A stretch of 64,000 nt of DNA from Azolla caroliniana (GCA_043228905.1 JBHGNT010000018.1:7068001-7132000), one strand, 5' to 3'. Shown: positions 1-12,737, numbered from the stretch's first letter. The notes: a model not told the origin generated them from the letters alone. Numbers and translations are program-made.

Positions 1-1613
1 CGAATTCCGACATCTTCTTCTTCCCCTTCTCTTTGCGTGTGAACCGTCTCCTCGGTGCCTTGCGCGGGGAGAGCACGACAGAGTCTCCACTACTCGCCGG
101 TTCCTCATCCGACTGGTCAGCCCGACTCAGTCGCTCATTCAGTTCACTTAACCGAAATGAGATCGGATTCTCTTCTAGAGTGCGGAGGTCTTCATCTTCT
201 ATTTGGACCGGTTCAGGCTCACTAACCTCATCCTCCGGGATTGGGTTCGGGTCGGAAGTCGGAGTCGGTAAGGCATACCATGATGCCGTCTCATCAAACT
301 CAACATCCCGGCTAACTCCGACATGCTTCATCCGGGGGTTATAACACTTATACCCCTTTTGCTCATGTAGGGAACCGACCAGGATGCATTTCTCCAACTT
401 TGCATCCAACTTCCTCCACTTCTCATCCGGCACATGCACATATGTAATGCTACCGAATATCTGAAGGTGTCTCAAATTCGACTTGTGTTCGAAATACAGC
501 TCATGCGCAGACACCTTGTCACCGATCCGGTTTTGGATGTATATGGCCGTCCGGACCGCCTCCCCCCAGTAGAAATGGGGCATGCTCTTCTCCTCCAGCA
601 TTGCGCTTGCCGCATTGACAATTGACCGGTTCTTCCTTTCAGCCACACCATTTTGCTCCGGTGTGTATCTACAGCTGAACTCTCTCCGAATTCCTTTTTG
701 CTGCAGATAACTGTTGAATTAGCCGGAAAAATATTCTTTTCCGCCATCCGACCGTAGGCACTTGATCTTCCTTTCCGTTTCCCGTTTAACCAGGCTTTGT
801 AGGTTCTGAAAACACTCGAAGACTTCGCTCTTCCGCTCAATGAGGTAGATCCATGTGTGCCGGCTGTAGTCATCAATGAAGGAAACGAAATACCGATTCC
901 TGCCAAGACTAACGTTCTGTGCCAGTCCCCATACATCCGAATGAATAAGGTCAAGCTTGTTACGGCTATGGTTTCGCTCGGTGGGGAATGGAAGCCGGTG
1001 TTGCTTCCCGAGTTGGCAAGCTTCACATATTTGGGGCTTCCGGCCATTGAACTTCGGCAAATTGAGAACAACTTGTGTCGTTTGCAGGTCTTGAAGCCTC
1101 CGGTAATTCACGTGGCCGATCCGCTTGTGCCAGAGATCAATATCCGATTCAATCTTCTGTCCTTTGGCGAACAAATCGGTGCCGACGTCATTGGTGTCGA
1201 GGATGAACATCCTCCCTTTTCTGCGCCCTTGCACAATAATCTGGCCCTCTTCCTCGATGAAGCACCCAAGGTGCGTAAACTGCACCTGCATCCCCTGGTC
1301 AACAGGACTGACACCAGGTTCTTCGTGATAGTCGGAACGTGTAATACGTTCATCAGCTTCCCCTTCTGTCCGACGTGGCTCAAAGGGACTTCTCCGATAT
1401 GCACAATTGGGTGAGGAGTGTCGTCTCCGGTTTCAATGACTCCCGGTTGTTCCGGTTTCTCCAAGAAGGAGAACCACTCTTTGTGGTTCGTCATGTGATT
1501 CGACGCACCGAAATCAACGTACCACACTTCCTCCGATTCGGAAGTGGTCTTTTTCATCGAGTTAGCCTCGTGTTTCATCATCAAGGCTGGCCCTTTACCG
1601 GCTTTTCCGGTTT
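1..1613 (-). pseudogene. Copia E pol fragment (protease, GAG-pre-integrase, integrase), frameshifted
   Basis: ORFs 1584-1108 and 1291-719 carry WYVDFGASNHMT, LWHKRIGH, CEACQLGKQHR and SDVWG motifs in different frames. Confidence 0.9.
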
Positions 1614-1618
1614 TGGAT

Positions 1619-2051
1619 TGTTACCAGCCGACAAAGGAGTCCAGAGTGTGAAACGGGGAGTTATTTAATTATTAGGAATGGTTGTAAGTAAGCTATGAGT
1701 GTGGACGGACGGACCGGAATCGGTATGCCGTTCCGGATCCGGATCGATCCCGAACAGGTGCGGATGGCACCGTTTTGTACTACAGACCGGAAACCTATTT
1801 AAAGGCCCGGATACAATGTAATGAGCAACGGTTAATGAATAAAGCTTAGTGTTGTTATCTCTCTGTGTTAATTGTCGTTCTGCATTCATTGTTATATCTT
1901 ACGCGTGTGAATATTAAGGACGATCATGCTAAGTAACCTAATTAAGTCGGATTAATCGTTGAGTCTAATCCTGTTGCCGTAACACCCCTTTGGTGAAGTG
2001 TCTTCCGTAGACACCCTGTGTTAGGCCATTGTCCGGCGCTAAGAGTTAACA
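1619..2051 (+). repeat. 5' LTR of Gypsy A
   Basis: Direct repeat of 10858-11290 with about 14 mismatches counted by eye; TATA-like CTATTTAAA near 1795. Confidence 0.96.
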
Positions 2052-2058
2052 CAGTTTT

Positions 2059-2069
2059 TGGCGACCACG
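2059..2069 (+). promoter_or_regulatory. Primer binding site of A (TGGCGACCACG, tRNA-Arg(UCG)-like)
   Basis: Follows the LTR after a CAGTTTT spacer; identical in element B at 47744. tRNA identity is from recalled tRNA-Arg(UCG) 3' ends. Confidence 0.7.
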
Positions 2070-2104
2070 ATTCCTGTTTTTGCAGCGAACGATGACACGA
2101 ATGG

Positions 2105-5100
2105 ATGACTAGATCAACGCACGACCTGGTTACAGATCGAACTCGACGCCTTGCCGAAAGGCAAAGGAGACATGAGGCTTTCCAGTAAGCGGCGCAGGAA
2201 ATTAGAGCGGATCGCTCGTTTTCCAACGTAATCCGGAGAGTAGCAGAGGAGTCCCTCTGGTTACAGCAAACATTGCACCCGGATGACGACAACAGCCTAA
2301 GCAGCCTCCGGGAAACCGAATCCCTTCTCCAGGCGTTGGCAAGCGGAGAAGGCAAAGCAGAAGCCTTTTCAGCGTATGAATCGGATTCCGAAGGGGAATA
2401 TAGCGTGCACACGAACTACTGTAGCAGCAACGAAACCCCGGGCGGACTGGAGGACGAAGGATCGGACACCTTACCGACACCGGAACCGGAAGTGCTAAGG
2501 CTAGAACCTTCGGAACCAGTAGAGGAAGAGCTACCTCCGACACTGGAAGTCGAGGAGGAGAGGCCTCCGTCACCAAAAGAAGAGGAAAGACCACCGACGC
2601 CGGAGAAAAACCAGGAACAACCACCAACACCGCCAGCCCGCGCACTGATACCGGACGACGACATGCCGTTCCAGTACTCCAAGTATAGAGATGATCCGGA
2701 TGCGGAAGCTCATGTTCACGCCTTTGAACAAACATGGGAAGCAAACCATGTGTCCCAGCAATTGACCCCGGAAGAAGAGGAACACTCTAAGATAGCAGAA
2801 TTTGGCGTCACATTGGAGGGACCGGCAGTGAGATGGCGCCGGACGCAGGACCCGTCTACCATCATCACCTTCGCAGATTTAAAAGCTAAATTCTTGCATT
2901 TTTTCCAAAAGGAGGTGGACCAGACAGTAATGGTGGGCTTATTTTATACCATCTGACAGGATGGCAGGGGAGAGCATTCCCCAGTTTGTCATCCGGTTTC
3001 AACGGATGCATAGTCAGCTTGCCCGCGCACCCCCGGAGGAGGAATTATGGACTATATTCCTAAATGCGCTCCGGGAACCCCTACGCACAGTTTGCACGGT
3101 AATTGACCTCCGCACAAGTACCATCGACCAGGTCATTGACCGGGTGAGAGAGATGGAAAAGACAAGCTCCTGGCTCACATTGGGAGCACTCCAACGGGCG
3201 TTACCGTCCGATGAAGACCTCCGGTTTCGGCAAGCAATACAATACAGTGCACAACCTGCTTGAATTCTGGACACTCGGCACTAGAATGCACTATGAGGAC
3301 GCAATGTGTAATCTGTCAATCCAAGGGCCATACGACGGATAGGTGCAAGTATAATCTATTGAACCGGCAAGCACCGCCCGTCCGACAAATAGAGCCACGC
3401 AACAGCCGGGATGAAGAAGAGGAACGCTGGTGGCGAACGGACTGCGACCGACCGGCACAGGATGTCCGGTATGGCGATCGATAGGAGAATGATGTCCGGT
3501 ACGGTGATTGGCGGGATAACTACGACCGGCATGATAGATATGATTGGTACCGGGATTACAATAGACGATACGAACATTACGACCGGGAGCACTCCCCCGG
3601 TATCGTCAGCAACGGGAGGAATACGGCAGATATAACGACCAACCTCGTCAAGAGTACCGCAATAAGAAGAACTATAACAAAAAACGGCATTTCAAAAAAG
3701 GCGGCTACCCACGGGATCCGGAACAAGGAGCTTCAAGCAGCCAACCGGCCCAAAACCACACGCTTACCACGGGACCTGCCTCGGGTACAACAGACAATGC
3801 CGAATCCAGCAATACCCGGAAAGCTTACTGCTACTATTGCCGACAGGAAGGCCATTATAGTAATCAATGCCCGGCGAAGAGCTATGACAAACGACCAACA
3901 GTAAATATGGTAGTCCCTGAAGTGGCGGATCTGCAGCAGGTGACCACAAGGTCGAAGGGCATGGCCAACGAATGGGAGACGCAGGAGACCATCCGGAAGC
4001 AAGCGACGGAATGGGTGAAAAAAGCAAACGAGCAAAATGTCACAGACTTACAGCGGCAAAAGGAGAATACCGTAGGGCTTGCCAGTGGTTGTCACTCCGA
4101 GAACGAGACGTGGCTGGCGTTGCAAGAATGCCAGATTACGCTGCTACTAGGAAGACTCCTACAACAGTGGTTACGGATGGCCGATACAAGCTCAGTGTGG
4201 CCGACAGGATTAATACGAAAATTAGAAGTCACCGTTGGCGGTCATACATTTCACATCTCGGCAATAGTGCTACAATTACAGGCACAAGGCGCATACTTGC
4301 TATTGTTGGGGCGGCCGTGGTTGAAAACGGCACATATCAAACAGAATTGGAGGAAAAATATAATTACCTTCCGGCGAGGAAAAGCCAAGGTACGGGTACC
4401 AACACAACCAAGGACGAGCACTGGCAAGGAATGTACACCGTTGTATGCAGAATGCGTCAACATGCTAGAAGGGTTAGCTGATGAAGAAGAAGCTCAGTAC
4501 TTGCAGGAAAACCCGAAGATCGTACCTCTCTTCGAAATTGACTGAAGCAGAACCGGATAAAGACGCAATCCGAGAGTTACGGCAAGCGCAGGAAGCGTTG
4601 GAATGGGAAATGGCCATTTCACAATGCGTAAAAGCGTCGCAACTTGAAGAGGCGAACCTCGGGACCACGGACGAAGCAAAACCGGTGCACATCGCCAAGG
4701 AGATGAAGTCCGAAGACAAAATGGCGATGATCACACTTCTCACGGAATTTCGCGACGTGTTCGCCTAGTCATACGAAGACATGCGAGGACTCGACCCTCA
4801 GTTATACCAACATCAGATTCATTTGAGCAAGGACGCAAAACCAGTGGTACAAAGACGGTACCGGATGAATCCCAATTATGCCGCCAAAGTCAAGGAGGAA
4901 ATCAACAAACTGCTAAGAGTGGGCTTTATCTGTCCGGTAAAGAAAGCGACATGGCTGAGCCCGATCATAGTCGTACCGAAGAAGAACGGAAAAATTCGAG
5001 TTTGTGTGGACTACCGGAAACTCAATGCGGCTACGGTAACGGATGCGTTTCCACTTCCGTTCACAGATGGAGTGTTGGATGTCGTCGCCGGCCATGAGGT

Positions 5101-7622
5101 CTATAGCTTTCTAGACGGATTCAGCGGGTATAATCAGATACGGATGCACCCCGACGACCAAGAGAAAACGACTTTCGTCACCGAATGGGGGGTGTTTGTG
5201 GCCGTGGTGATGATGTTCGGACTCAAAACGGCACCGGCAACATTCCAACGAATCATCATGGAAATCTTTGGTGAATATATCCTAGCTTTTATGCAGGTTT
5301 TCCTTGACGATTTCGCCGTCTATAGCCGGGAGGAGGACCATTTTTAGCACCTCCATCTTTGTCTAGAAAAGTGTAGAGCATACCGGCTAAGCTTGAATCC
5401 GACAAAGTGTGTATTTGGCGTGTCCAGTGGAACCTTATTAGGACATATTGTGAGCCAGGAAGGTATTGCAGTCGACCTGGACAAAGTGAAAGCCATATTA
5501 GAAGCACCGGCGCCGGCAACGGCAAAGGCATTGAGCCGGTTCTTAGGACAGATCCGGTGGCACAGCCGGATGCTCCGATACTTGGCCGACCTGGCTACAC
5601 CGTTGCATGCCGTCGTACATCGGACACCATTCCAGTGGACCGACACCGAGGATAGGGTGTATAGGGCCCTCAAGGTACTATTGTCGCAAGCACCGGTAGT
5701 GCAGCCCCCGGATTGGAGTAAAGAATTTCATGTGTTCGTGGACGCCTCTGACATCGCAATCAGAAGCGTACTAATGCAGCTTACGGTGCCAAAGTGGTAC
5801 CGGCCAGTGTACTATGCCAGCCGAAAGCTATCCCAAGCGGAACAGAACTACTCTACCACGGAACGGAAAGCTCTAGGGATGATCTACAGTGTGACAAAGT
5901 TTCGGCATTATTTATTGGGAAGGAAGTTTTCCTTCCATGTAGATCATTTGGCGCTCCTCTACCTGGTGTCCAAGGCGTCACTCACCGGTAAGTTGGCCCA
6001 GTGGACCTTATTGTTACAGGAATTCGAGTTCGAAATATTCCACCGATCCGGTATACAGCACGCCGTAGCAGATTATTTAAGCCGATTAGATTCCGGAGAG
6101 ACGGGTGATGGAGTAGCGGACGAGTTTCCGGATGCAGAGCTGTTTCGAGTCACTATGGAAACTACAGTAGATGAATCGGTGGCACAAGAAGACAAGTGGC
6201 TCACAAACATGCACCAGTTTTTGAGCACAGGACTGCCTCCGGAGGAGATGAACCGGGACGAAAGGAAACGCCTGGCGGTGCAAAGCCGACATTTCTGCTT
6301 ACTGCGAGACACCCTTTACCACAAGGGCGCGGACGGCATATGGAGACAGACGGTGCGCAACGATGAAAAGGACCTCATACTGAGGGAAGCCCACTGCGGA
6401 GTTGCCGAAGTTCACTATGCCGGAGATGTGATGGCCAGGAAAATATGGCAAAGTGGCCTATGGTGGCCAACTACATTAAGAGATGTTGTACGGTACGCAA
6501 AAGAATGTGACCTATGCCAGCGAATGGGCCAGCCAACGGAGCAGGCTCGGATGCCACACCAGCCTATACTACCACTCGAACCATTCCAAAAGTGGGGGTT
6601 GGACTTTGTTGGACCGTTCAAACCACCGGCAATGAGAACAGGTAATCGGTACGTCATCGTCGCGATGGATTACTGCACGAAATGGGTGGAGGCCAAAGCC
6701 TTAAGAGACAACACTGCTGCGTCAACGGCAAAATTTCTATACGAATACATCTGGTGCCGTTACGGATGCCCAATCGAATTAATAAGCGACCAAGGGGGGC
6801 ACTTTCTCGGCCAAGTAGTTGAAAGCCTGATGACATTCTATGTCGTTGTCCATAAACGGAGCACACCATACTATCCGCAAGCAAACGGGTTAGTTGAATC
6901 GACGAACAAAACGCTCCAGAATATCCTCCAGAAGATCGTCAACGAAAACCGAACGGATTGGGATACCAAGCTACATAGCGCGCTTTTGGCATACCGGACG
7001 ACATATAAAATGAGCATCCGAACAATACCGTTCCAGTTAGCGTTCGGACTAGAGGCGGTAATGCCGGTGGAATTCCAAGTACCCAGCTTACGGATCCAGC
7101 TACGGGAACGGCTGAACGAGAAGGAGTCAGAGGCAATACGGTTAACAGCGCTGTGTGAACTCGAGGAACAACAACTGGCAAGCATCCTGCACTTAGAATT
7201 GGAACAACGGCGACGGAAAGCATTTGTCGACCGGCACAGGAAAGGAAATGAAAAAATGTTCACAATCGGCAAGCCGGTGTTAGTATTTCAGACCCAGATG
7301 GGCAAGATGCCGGGAAAACTACGGTTTAGATGGACCGGCCCGTATTGGCTGACACATGAGTATAATGGGTCCTACCAGTTAGGGACACTTGCCGCGAAGT
7401 GCTAGGCAAATGGGTCACGGATTCCGAATGAAGCCATATAGAGGACCAATGCCCAAGAACCCATTTGAGCAAAGGACTGACACCGGTGAGGAAACGGCAA
7501 CCTGTGAGGGCAACGACAACCACCAAGACGGAGGAGACGGCAAGCCAATAACAGGGGAGAATGAGGCAACGGCAAACCGTAATGAGGCCGGTAAGGGTCC
7601 GATAGGACCAACGGACAACTAA
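2105..7622 (+). pseudogene. Gypsy A gag-pol (stops, frameshifts, protease deleted)
   Basis: Three CCHC knuckles, RT (VCVDYRKLN, FLDGFSGYNQI, FLDDF), RNase H (FVDASD, YYASRKL), integrase (WGLDFVGP, SDQGGHF, PQANG). Confidence 0.93.
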
Positions 7623-8007
7623 CTTCACACGACATTAAAATTATCAACAAAAAAAAAAAAAAAAAAAAAAAGTGAAGTAATCATGCAAAAGCGAGGTATG
7701 AATGGACGGATGAGCGAGGAGCGAAAAGGTACGTAGTGGCCATTTAAGCGCCACCACAGGACATAATGCTATTTTAGTACACGACGTGCACACACTCGAA
7801 AAAGGCGCCAGAGTGCACAGAGAAAAACCACTGCACGTGGAGACCCTCTACTTTCGCGAACCCAGGAGCACAGAAGCACCAAGGCCCTGCAAGATCATCA
7901 GATGAGAACCTACGCACAGAGAACCCCCACCTTCTAAACTCTCTCTCTCTCACTCTCACTCTCATCACTAGCCAACCTCGCCACCACAATCCGACCTCGA
8001 CACAGAC

Positions 8008-10803
8008 ATGGACCCGCAAACGTTGTCGAAAGCCGCCAAGAAATGGCTAAAGCAACACAGGCTCGAGGGCTTCTTGACGATTATGGAGGTACCGCCACAC
8101 AAAGAAGCCGACAAGGTGATCAAAGAGATCGACATAGAGGTCATAACGGATGAGGCGATCCATGCGTTAACAAGCCTTCCGGAGGGAGGCATATTCACGA
8201 TTGACAATCCGACCTCGGAGCAACTCATCAAGTATTTTGGTGAGTACTCCCTAGCCAACAAGGGCTACCAGACACAGGGCGGCGGAGATATGTTGTTCCG
8301 CGAGATTGCTCGTGTGCTCCACGAATACGGCCATGTGTACCCTAGACCCCCTGTCATGCCGCAGAACTGGGCAGGGATGATCATCGCCACCTATGAAGGG
8401 ATCAAGGTGGATTGGCCGGTATTGATCGCAGACGGTTTGTGTGTGGCGATCGAGATCGTTAGAGGCAAAGACGGCAAAGAAGGCCGAGACGGACGGAGGA
8501 TATGGCATGCAGTAATGCAGTGGCTCACCTTGCTTGTGCCACCCGTCGAGCCCGTCGAGCCCAAGAAGCGAGGAAGAGTGGCGGACGGCACCCCAAAGAC
8601 TGCTTCCAAAAGACAACAGTTGTTGGCCTCTAAGGCCACTAAGGGGAAGGTGGTGGACGCAGAACAGGCGGGAAAGGAGAGTGCCAGCCGGAAGCAGCCA
8701 ACGGATGCGCAGGAGGAACCACCGGTACGGCCCGTAAAGGTTACACTCCGCCGACCGGTGAATAGAGAAGCGGATCCCTTGGTGGAAAAACTCAATGCCG
8801 GGACTCAGGAAGAGGAAATAGAGGAGGAGCCTACGGAGCACCTCCAGCGACGGTCGTCGACAAGGACCGTTGAGGCAGCCGGGAAACGTTCGGACCCTCA
8901 GACGGAGGGAACACTGGCTCCCCATACTGAGACTCCCACGCCAAGGGAGGAACCGGAACCGGTGCGCATGGCACCGGAATCAGAACCGGTGTACATACCA
9001 CCGGCAACACCGGCAAGTCCCATCCCGCTAGAGCCAGAAAGGTCAATGCAGCCTCCCTCGGCCAACTAAGAAGAAGCGCAAGGGAAACCAGGACAGCAGG
9101 GTGGTCTACGGGCAGAAACAGAATTGCAACTCGGCACAATCAGGCGGGACCACCCATCTACAAGCGAGCCCATCTGTCAAACCTCCGTGCAAGCACAACA
9201 ACAATGCACCGGTAGCCTGTGGCTCCGGTGGATAGGCGATTAGATTGTCGGAGCAGTGGGGTATATTGAGGCGGAAGAAAGAGCGCAAAGCGAATGGTTG
9301 CTCGTCACAACCGAACAACTAGAGACAGCCCGGTCCAGAATCCGGTGCCTTGAAAAAGACTTGGATCAGGTCATGGCAGAGATGGCCAAAATGGCCTTAA
9401 CGGCAACACAGATCCAATCACCGGTGACTCCGGTAAGTGTACAGAATAAAGAAACAAATCAACCTGTACATACCAATAAGACCCCGGTAACGGAAACCGT
9501 TCCAGAGAGAGATGCGGTGCAAGCCCACGAGCTTGCGGAATTGAGAGATGAACTTGCTGCACAAGAAGCGCTAAGGAGCCGGGAACGGGAATTGAAGACA
9601 ACAGCCGAAGCAGAATTAAAGAAGACTACTGAGAACCTCCGCTGGGCAGAGGAGAGCCTCCGGAAAGGCCATCAATCATACGACTGGCTAAGGGAGGAAA
9701 AAGACAAAGTGCTACAGGAAAAGGACAAGTTGCGGAAGACGGCGGAAACGGAAATTGAACGGCTAAAGGAAGAGCTCCGCCAGCAGAAGCACCGCGAGGA
9801 CCGGGCCCATCGATAGATCAACGCACGGCTCAAGCAAAAGACAGATGATTTTGAGCACCTGCACCAGGACTACAAACGGCTGGAAACGGAGCGTAAGGAA
9901 CAGATAGCCGAACTCCAGCAGGAAGTTGATCGGGCCGCGATGGCGATCGCCAACGAACGTGCGGAAAATACAAGACGGTTGGACGAGGCAGAGAAGGTCC
10001 AGATGGAGCTCCAGAGGCAGTAGCAGGAAGAAAAGGAGAGAGCGTCAACGGTATTGCAAAAATTACAAAGCACATATCAAAGGCATTTGACGCATTACAA
10101 GGAGCAGGCGGAAGACAATGTCAAAATCATCAAGCAATTGAAGGAGGAACGACAAGCTGCGGAGATCAAATCGCAGTTGGGAACGGGCCGGATTCAGTGC
10201 ATCCTCCGGGCATGGCTGAATCAGACAAAACGCTTGATTGACGAAAGCTCCGTAAGATGGTGGACAAAGTGGGCACAAAACGCAGCGGAACTCCAATTGC
10301 TACGGGCAGACATGGCAAACCGGCGGAAGGAAGGAGATGATTGTTACACGTTGACTTCCGAGGACTTCACCGCCATACGGGACGAGCTGGCCGATGACTT
10401 CCAAGTCCTGGCGGATGAACAACTGGCGCAGGTCCGGCAACTCGTAGCTCAGCTAGACGATGATAGGCTGGACGCTCAAATCCAGTTTGAAAGCTACGAG
10501 CGGTCCCGAGTTCGGGAAGAAAAAGCACGGGAAGCGGCAACGGTTAACCTTAGTGATGAGGAACCGTCGCCGGCCGAGGGCCAGGCCGGAACCAGTCAAC
10601 CAGAGACCACTACGACGGAGGGAGCAACGACGGAGATGCCGGTGTCAGAGCAACAAACGGAGGAGCAGCCGCAGCAGCCATCAACAGAGCAACAACAGCA
10701 ACAACAGCAACAACAACAACCACAACAACAACAACAACCAATTCCAGATGAACCCTTGGAGACTCTCGAACAAAGCATTTTGGATATTTTGGACGAAGAA
10801 TAG
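8008..10803 (+). pseudogene. Additional ORF (ORF3) of Gypsy A, about 930 codons: globular N-terminal domain, low-complexity linker, long coiled coil, polyQ tail
   Basis: ORFs 8008, 9256 and 10054 share one frame, separated only by TAA/TAG codons; homologous ORFs in B and D stop at the same position. Confidence 0.85.
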
Positions 10804-10857
10804 CAAGGGTCGGATGTGGATTCGACGTACAAGGTACTGTCCCACGGGCGTGCCATG

Positions 10858-11290
10858 TGTTACCGGCCGGCAAAGGAGTCCAGAGTGTGAAACGGGGAGT
10901 TATTTAATTATTAGGAATGGTTGTAAGTAAGCTATGAGTGTGGACAGACGGACCGGAATCGGTATGCCATTCCGGATCCGGTCTGATCCCGAACAGGTGC
11001 GGATGGCACCATTTTGTACTACAGACCGGAAACCTATTTAAAGGCCCGGATACAACGTAATGAGCAGCGGTTAATTAATAAAGCTTAGTGTTGTTATCTC
11101 TCTGTGTTAATTGCCGTTCTACATTCATTGTTATATCTTACGCGTGTGAATATTAAGGACGATCATGCTAAGTAACCTAATTAAGTCGGATTAATCGTTG
11201 AGTCTAATCCTGTTGCCGTAACACCCCTTTGGTGAAGTGTCTTCCGTAGACACCCTGTGTTAGGCCATTGTCCAGCGCTAAGAGTTAACA
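10858..11290 (+). repeat. 3' LTR of Gypsy A
   Basis: Matches 1619-2051; followed by TSD TGGAT. Confidence 0.96.
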
Positions 11291-11384
11291 TGGATCCTCC
11301 CGATCCTTCTGCGTAGTGTGAGTATTGTCGGTTCCCTCTACCAGCCTTGCCGTATCCGGATCTGTCCGAATCGGCATGCTTCTT

Positions 11385-12218
11385 CTAGCACTCGCTTTCT
11401 TTGTGGCCCTTTTTACCACTATACCAGCATTCCGTGTCGGCCTTTGCTTGCCGTCCTTCGGCGTTGCCTTGACTCCCCTTGCTTGTGGAGGGTCCGGAAC
11501 TGTTGTCGGCACGTTCTTTGTGCCTTCGGTCCTGCTCTTGCCAGCCGCTACCATTGCGAGCCGACCCGCCTCGTCCACTACACCCATGGGGCCTATCTGG
11601 CTCCGTGTACAACATCTGGTTGTCGGTGGATGCACTTGTTGACGCACCGGCGTGGTTCTCCTCTACAAGGAGCATCGACTGTAAGTCGAAAAATGACGGC
11701 GTATTCTCCCTTGTACACACAACAGTTTGGAACGCTCCGAACTTTGACGCCAAACTTCCGAGACAGATTTGCACTATATCGGCTTCTTCGATATTCACAT
11801 CGATGGAGGCCAGAGAGTCACAAATGTCCTTGATTTTGGAGGTGTAGTCTGCCACCGACAAGTCGTGTTGTCGTAGGTTGCTCAGCTCTTCTCGGAGTTG
11901 AAGCTTCTTGGTTGTAGTGCTTGCGGCGAAAATCTTCTTCAGATTTCCCCAAGCATCTTTCGACGTTTTTGCATCCCGAATGTAGCTTAGGAGTTGTTCG
12001 CCCACACGAGATGCGAAGTAGTACAATACTTTGCTCGCCGATTGTTCCCAAGCCGGGAAGTCTTTGTGTGTCGAATTGGGTGCTGTGCCATTTGGTCCAT
12101 CGACATAGCTCCAGTAACCGTGCCTGAGCAGGTACTGGTGCATCTTGTAAGACCAAGATGCGTAGTTGTTTCTGTCGAGCTTCTCTGTTGGAAGCGAGCT
12201 AGCCATGCCTCTATCCAT
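11385..12218 (-). pseudogene. Copia E gag
   Basis: KLDRNNYASWSYKMHQYL N-terminus typical of Copia gag; degenerate knuckle CWYSGKKGHKESEC. Confidence 0.9.
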
Positions 12219-12307
12219 TTTGTTTTTCCTCTTCTTTACGAAGGTTAGGTTTTGTTCTTGAGCTAAGGTCGGCTACAGAGGTTCTCAACCCTCACGCTCT
12301 GATACCA

Positions 12308-12737
12308 TGTAAACGAATAGTGTGCGGAAGCAATAGAAAACCGAAACACAAAAACGCAGGTTTAATGGAGAGCTTGAATACACACAGTATGCGGGAGAGA
12401 CAGAGAGAGAGTAGAACATAAAACTCTATTCGAAAATATACTCAATCTGTACATTGTATGTATTCAGTGAACACTTTTATACAAATCCATACGGACTTAC
12501 AGAAGTACGGTGTACTTCAATGCTCGCACGAGCGTCTGACACTAACTATGAGACATTAACTGCCTAGTAGCCTAGGCTGTTACTAAGCTTCCAGTTACTA
12601 CTGGATCCGGCTAACCGGCTCCCCAACTCATCGGCCCACTTGCTCACCGGCTCACCGATCCAGCTCATCCTTCCAGATGCCAATCCGGCTCAGGCTTATT
12701 CAGCCGATCCGTATCCGGTTGACGTTGCCGCTCAACA
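12308..12737 (-). repeat. 5' LTR of Copia E
   Basis: Abuts the tRNA-iMet PBS; at 12737 the sequence switches abruptly to integrase of Copia F. Confidence 0.8.

Larger units (their letters stand above)
1619..11290 (+). mobile_element. Full-length Ty3/Gypsy element A, non-chromovirus, Athila-like (no extra archaeal-type RNase H seen), with an additional 3' ORF
   Basis: Two 433-bp LTRs (TGTTACC..TTAACA), TSD TGGAT at 1614-1618 and 11291-11295, domain order gag-(PR)-RT-RH-INT, GPY motif KLRFRWTGPY. Confidence 0.96.
1..12737 (-). mobile_element. Ty1/Copia LTR retrotransposon E (3' part runs off the window start; split by Gypsy A)
   Basis: 5' LTR 12737-12308 (TG..CA), PBS TGGTATCAGAGCG 12307-12295, gag 12218-11385. 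Pol resumes left of A with protease WYVDFGASNHMT and integrase LIHSDVWG/FIDDYSR/CLRSDGGKEY. Confidence 0.93.

Noticed and set aside
10804-10890. Possible extension of ORF3 into the 3' LTR
   Set aside because: A, B and D all have a stop right after ILDEE/ILDEA/ILEED, so 10803 is the real end.
10596-10930. Poly-Cys, poly-Val and poly-Asn ORFs
   Set aside because: Alternative frames of the (CAA/CAG)n polyQ tract in ORF3.
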